Below are positions 61,381-64,000 of a DNA stretch of 64,000 bases, in pieces. The DNA is taken from the NCBI GenBank assembly GCA_964036045.1, contig OZ038378.1:168144001-168208000 (forward strand), written 5' to 3'. The notes under the pieces are model-generated. The model worked only from the letters and a program-made list of their open reading frames with translations. It ran no database searches and was not told the DNA's origin. Origin of the DNA: Eutreptiella sp. 'Long Island Sound 2002'. Taxonomy: Eukaryota; Protista; Euglenida. The position numbers were made by a program, and so were the translations under genes. Every line of letters starts with the position of its first letter. Position 1 is the stretch's first letter.

Positions 61381-61949
61381 AGAAATGCTAGTCACCCTAC
61401 TGCATCATCTTGCTTTCCAGGTGTTGATAAAGCTTGTTTCCCATTGTACCTTGACGATACCCCCCCCCTCTCATGCCACAACAGCAACTCCACAAAAGAA
61501 CAGAGTGGTACCCTTCGCAAAGCAAGGTTGTTGCGATAAATGCACACACCCACAGAGCCCGAACGGCGAGTGCATTGTTGTCCCCAACGTTTCCGGACCC
61601 CCACGCCACTACTCCCTCCGCTGTCTCCCACAAGTTCTGGTGCAACATGGGGCTGTTGGGTGCCTGTGGTGTTAGGGGTCAACACAGTCCACCCACCCTT
61701 TAGCACCCGTGCACTAAATGGCACTGTCAGATCATTACTAACATTTTACACATGGAGGCCTGTAAGTCCCATGTTGCGGCTTTGACCATACGCCCAAACA
61801 TCCTACCGTGGCACATCGCACATTTTGTCTCAACCACAGCTCCATCCCATGAGAGTCAGAGTCATATACTAAATCCCCATCACTCTAATTCGTGAAGGAC
61901 ACGCCACAACATGGTCGCCAGCTGTCACGTGCGGCTAGCATAGCAAAGT

Positions 61950-62590
61950 CCCGCCATTTGCCATGACCACTAATTGACTGGTCACTAGCTGCTTCGTCTA
62001 GGGCGGGACGGCAAGACAATGAGGAATTCCACCCTCTACCCCTGACACTTTTAACCCCTTTGTTTGAGGAGCTTGTAGAGAATGATCCCCGAGCAGAGTA
62101 TGATGCCTCCCCCCCCTCCTTGGGCGACTTGTATGCAGTCATGCTAGTTTCACAGCCACCGCACCCAGTGGACCAACAGGACACTCTAGTGGCACAGTAC
62201 AAGGCCCCGTTTGCTCCACGGCCACTGTGCCCAATGCTGCCACAACCCACTAGTTCTTTACAGATTCCGCTGTTGACACCACCGTCCAAGATCCCTATCC
62301 AAGACACGGCACAATGGTGACCAACATGGTGCCCATTGCTGACAATGGCGACCACAGGTTGAGCTCTATGGAGGGCCATGGGCAAGCATCCCATGAGCAA
62401 ACGTAGCTTTTTTGCAATGAAGCCTCTGATCTAAAGGCATGGTGTTTTGTTCATCAGCTTGGCCCTCTTTGAGAGGTGGTGTCCACATGGGGAACGTATC
62501 ACCCAGCCCATAGGCTATGCTCCTAAATATGATTCTTGTCTGCGTAAGACTATTAAGACAAGCTTCAAATAGGTTGAAAATACTGTCCAA
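61950..62590 (+). mobile_element. Degenerate LINE RT N-terminal remnant
   Basis: Frameshifted pieces LFEELVENDP..PPSLGDL, TAPSGPTG (like APGPDG), PIADNGDHR (like RPIAL.N.D.R), RQASNR (like KAFDRV). Confidence 0.45.
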
Positions 62591-63450
62591 AGCATCCCTA
62601 ATGGTCTAGGTTCATTTTTGGGGAAACACATTTTTTATCATTGTTTGAGTTCGGTCCTAAACCGGCAATTGCTCAGGGTTTTTGAGACTTTTTCAGGGCC
62701 GAAACGCGTCAAACAGGTCAAAATTTTTTGAGCACCCCAAATCATCCAAGATCAATTTTGGAAAGACACACTTTAATCACTTTAGACCCTATTGGTTGCA
62801 AAATGGCTCTTTCAAGCTTTTGGGGGGTCTGTGGAGGGCTGAAAGAGCTCAAAATGGGCTCAAAACATGCTACAACCACTTGTTTGAGCATCTCAAGTGA
62901 CTTTTGGAGAGCCCAAACGGGTCAAAACAGGGATTACTTGAGGTTCATCGACGAATAACGACGAACAACAACGAACAAGGACGAACCACTGAAAAAGTGC
63001 AAAAGACAAACAACGACGAATAACAACAAAGTGTGTGGCGACATATGCTTATTTGCTTTCAAACCAAGATAATTTTGGTGTCTTACATGCTGCCTAGTGT
63101 CCATTTGTGGTACGAAAAAAGACGACGAACAACGACGAACAATGACGAACAACGACGAACAACGACGAACCACATTTTAATCCCCAATGACGAACCTGAG
63201 GTAATCGCTGGTCAAAATAAGCCCAAACAGGCCAAAAACACTTGTTGCAGCATCCCAAGTATGCCACCCTTTTTTCCCCTCGTTTGGCATTTTGAATATG
63301 TTTCAGGGCTGTTTTGGGACAGAAATGACCGTTTCTGGCCCAAAACTGCGCAGATTTGGGAGGGCACCTCCCGACTTGGCGCCGCCATTGAGTTTTGAGG
63401 CGCCATCGTTGAGTTTTTGGCTCAAATTTTAGGTTTGACCAAGTCAACAC
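62590..63450 (+). repeat. Diverged relative of the 57.3-59.5 kb element with AACGACGAAC-type short repeats
   Basis: Shared blocks aatggtctagg..ttttt, ccaaaaacacttgtt, cgtttggc..ttttgaat..gttgagttt..gctcaaa; short repeats at 62945-63030 and 63121-63170. Confidence 0.65.
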
Positions 63451-63834
63451 ATGGATGGCTAGTGTAGAGTAGAGCCTGAAGCACTGTCATGGAGTTTTTG
63501 GCAAAACGGCCGGGTGACATGATTGTGGTTGTGGTGGCGATGGTTGTGATTGTGGTTGGGTCCAGATTTAAGGGGAGAGGGGTGTAGTAATATATGTAGC
63601 CAGGATTATGCCGTGTTGTCCTCCTAATGAACAGTATGGCTCACTGAAGTGTTGGTGCTTTTTGTTGCTTGCATGCAGTGGATTTCGGGGGAGGAGGGTG
63701 TAGTAATACCTGGTTTTATACATTTGTGAACACTATGCATTGCTGATTCGTGTTTTTTGTGTACAGCAGGTATGTTGCATTGTGAAGATGCGCATGATTC
63801 TACTTAAATTTAGATTTTTTCATTTTTGTTGCAG

Positions 63835-63893
63835 TGGCGATGTTTGAGGCTGCGAGGCTGCAGGCCAGAATACGTCACCGCAATGTGCTGAAG
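63835..63893 (+). CDS. Protein kinase, exon with subdomains III-IV; gene continues beyond the window
   Basis: Reads AMFEAARLQARIRHRNVLK (like E..L...LRHPNIV). tttttgttgcag acceptor, phase 1, matches the 60397 donor; donor GTGTGC. Confidence 0.8.
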
Positions 63894-64000
63894 GTGTGCT
63901 GTGTGGGTGTGCATCAAATGGTGGTCTGTGAAAGGCACTTGAATGACAAAGGACAGTGCCAGCACTTGAAGGCATAAGGACACAATACAAGGACAACCAC

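Overview
Repeat-rich eukaryotic nuclear DNA with no prokaryotic features (no operons, rRNA, tRNA or CRISPR arrays seen). Most ORFs in the supplied track are spurious, so I assembled genes by hand from GT-AG junctions and checked exon phases. All gene models are on the + strand: (1) a 3-exon coiled-coil protein (1059-7052); (2) a METTL21/Methyltransf_16-type SAM-dependent protein methyltransferase (16404 to at least 18187); (3) a short gene fragment of unknown function (27128-27600); (4) a Pro/Ser/Gln-rich protein with coding tandem repeats (38784-45740); (5) an incompletely resolved gene with a Cys/His zinc-finger-like region and a canonical EF-hand (about 48.4-57.0 kb); (6) the 5' exons of a protein kinase running off the window (60188 onward). 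Donor sites converge on GT(G/A)TGC. That, the CCCTAA-like tracts and the likely outron-type acceptors just upstream of start codons fit a euglenid-like genome, but this is inference. Introns and intergenic DNA carry decayed LINE fragments, MITE-like elements (one with a perfect 8-bp TSD), microsatellites and minisatellites. The most unusual structure is a head-to-tail pair of ~1.1-kb non-coding elements (57314-59548) with 13-bp subterminal inverted repeats and an internal microsatellite, sitting in telomere-like repeats and resembling a non-autonomous rolling-circle (Helentron/DINE-1-like) element. I found no convincing novel multi-gene system.
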